Shown one piece after another: positions 62,500 through 64,000 of a stretch of DNA of 64,000 bases (the first letter of the stretch is position 1; every line of letters begins with the position of its first letter). A program made the position numbers and the translations under genes. The stretch covers positions 1 through 64,000 of the forward strand of contig JAAOMT010000384.1 of NCBI GenBank assembly GCA_016748015.1, in the 5' to 3' direction. The notes beneath the pieces were generated by a model. The model was not told where the DNA came from and made no database searches. It saw nothing but the letters and a program-made list of their open reading frames with translations. The stretch comes from Geosiphon pyriformis uo1 (lineage: Eukaryota; Fungi; Glomeromycota).

Positions 62500-64000
62500 A
62501 AAACATTTTTTAATCTTTTCTAAATTATATCAAAGTAGCTTAAAATAATATAAACACATTTTTATTAATAAAACTACTTATTTTAATAAAATTTATTATA
62601 ATATTAAATTATAAAAAATTGGTGCTTTCAGTACTTAAGTTTTTAGAATCCAAAAAATTGCCATTTTTTGATTTACATATTAGAGATATTAAGAGTTTCA
62701 ATTTAAAAAAATTTTTTGTACTAGATGTTGAGTTTTCTGCTGTGTTTGACAAGACTTCTGAAGTTAAATTGCTGTTTATTAAAAAAATTTTCTATTGTAT
62801 CAATGGTTTTGGGAGAGCATCAACTTTTTTAAAATTTCTTGGCATTGTTAGATCTTTTTTTATCTTTAAATTAAGCCTAAGCAAGGCAAAAAAATGGCTG
62901 TCAGTAAAAAAATCATGGTTAATGTTGATATTAGAAAAGCAAATAGCCATATGAATCAGGAAATTATTGGTAAAAAAATTCTGGTTAATTTTTTCAAATT
63001 GGCTATAGAATCAGTTTTTTAAATTTAGTAAAATAGTTTTTATTAAAATACAGCTAATTGATCTTTGGTAAAAAGTCTTAGTTAAGTTTAATTCTTTTGA
63101 AGTTGCTGATTTGGTTGTATCTAAGTGGTTGATTTTCATAAAAAAAAATTTTGTGCATGTAATATTGGCTGTTAATGATAAACAATTATAAGTGTCTAAA
63201 GATTTTTATCAGACTTTGTTGTATATTTTGTTTGTTAGTACTATCACTCATAATCTTACTGGTCTATTGGAATCATATGGTAAAAAAATCTGCTTTATTG
63301 GCCATAATCTGAGTTCATATATGCATGATAGATGTGTTGTAATTTGTTTTGCTAATAAGACTTTCAAATTAGCTGTCATTAACTTGACTTTAGTTTTCAA
63401 AAGTGTGAATTTGTATTGAGTTGGTTTTTTTTTGGCTTGTTGTGCTTAGTGCAAACAATTTGGTCATATTTTTAATGTGTGTTTGATGAGCAGAAAGTTT
63501 GGTGGTTATAGTAAATAGGTGGTCAATTTTCAGGATCAAATTTAGTTGGTGTTATTATATAAAAAAAAACAGAGACTAATTGCTTGTCCAGTTTCTTTTG
63601 GTGGTAAAACTTGAATGCAGATTGTTAATAACTTTACTTCTTGTGTGGTGCCTTTGGTTTTTTCTATTTTCAAATGCTAAAGCTTTTCTGCTGGTTTACT
63701 TGAATATAAGTAATAGGTTTGCTATTTTTGAACACAGTCTTGTTAACCTTATAGAGCAAATAAACAAGCTGTCTAAAAAGTTGGATGTATTTGAGCCAAC
63801 AGTTTCTCAGCCTAACTCTAAATGTTAACTATTGGTGATTTTTTCATTACACAATCAAAAAATCAATACAGTAATAAGTAAGAGTTTGAGTGTTGTTACT
63901 AGTAGTGAGACTGTGATAAAAGTGGTAAGTTTTAATTCTTTAATTGTTTTAAAATTGGAAGAGACTTTAAGCAATTTGTTGAACATAGTTATGAGTTTGT
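62500..64000 (+). mobile_element. LINE L7, ORF1 region (type 1-like), decayed, runs off the window
   Basis: ORFs 62619 and 63192 homologous to L1 ORF1 (KKIFY..NGFG, LLESYGKK.CFIG.NLSSYMHDRC, CPVSFGGKT). Confidence 0.85.

Overview
Eukaryotic DNA, very probably fungal (spliceosomal GT-AG introns, fungal-type genes; an early-diverging, e.g. Glomeromycotina-like, host is my inference only). Two small intact gene islands, a 3-exon bestrophin/UPF0187 channel (minus, 15427-16932) and an intronless classical protein tyrosine phosphatase (plus, 32170-33261), sit among nested retroelements at every stage of decay. These include at least 7 copies of APE-RT-RNase H non-LTR retrotransposons (LINEs) with three divergent ORF1 types, at least 4 copies of a ~2.3 kb ORF1-only element without RT, three solo-LTR-like TG..CA insertions with clean 4-bp TSDs inside LINEs, Tc1 and hAT fragments, and extremely AT-rich relics. 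The best candidate for an undescribed system is a LINE/half-LINE partnership. The ORF1-only family encodes its own ~704-codon RRM-like/CCHC protein and shares with the autonomous LINEs a ~110-nt 3' terminus that folds into the same four-way-junction (cloverleaf-like) structure before the poly(A). Second, the repeats are eroded by C-to-T/G-to-A hypermutation that is not CpA-specific as in canonical RIP and appears to spare ApC. All counts and folds were done by eye and need computational confirmation.
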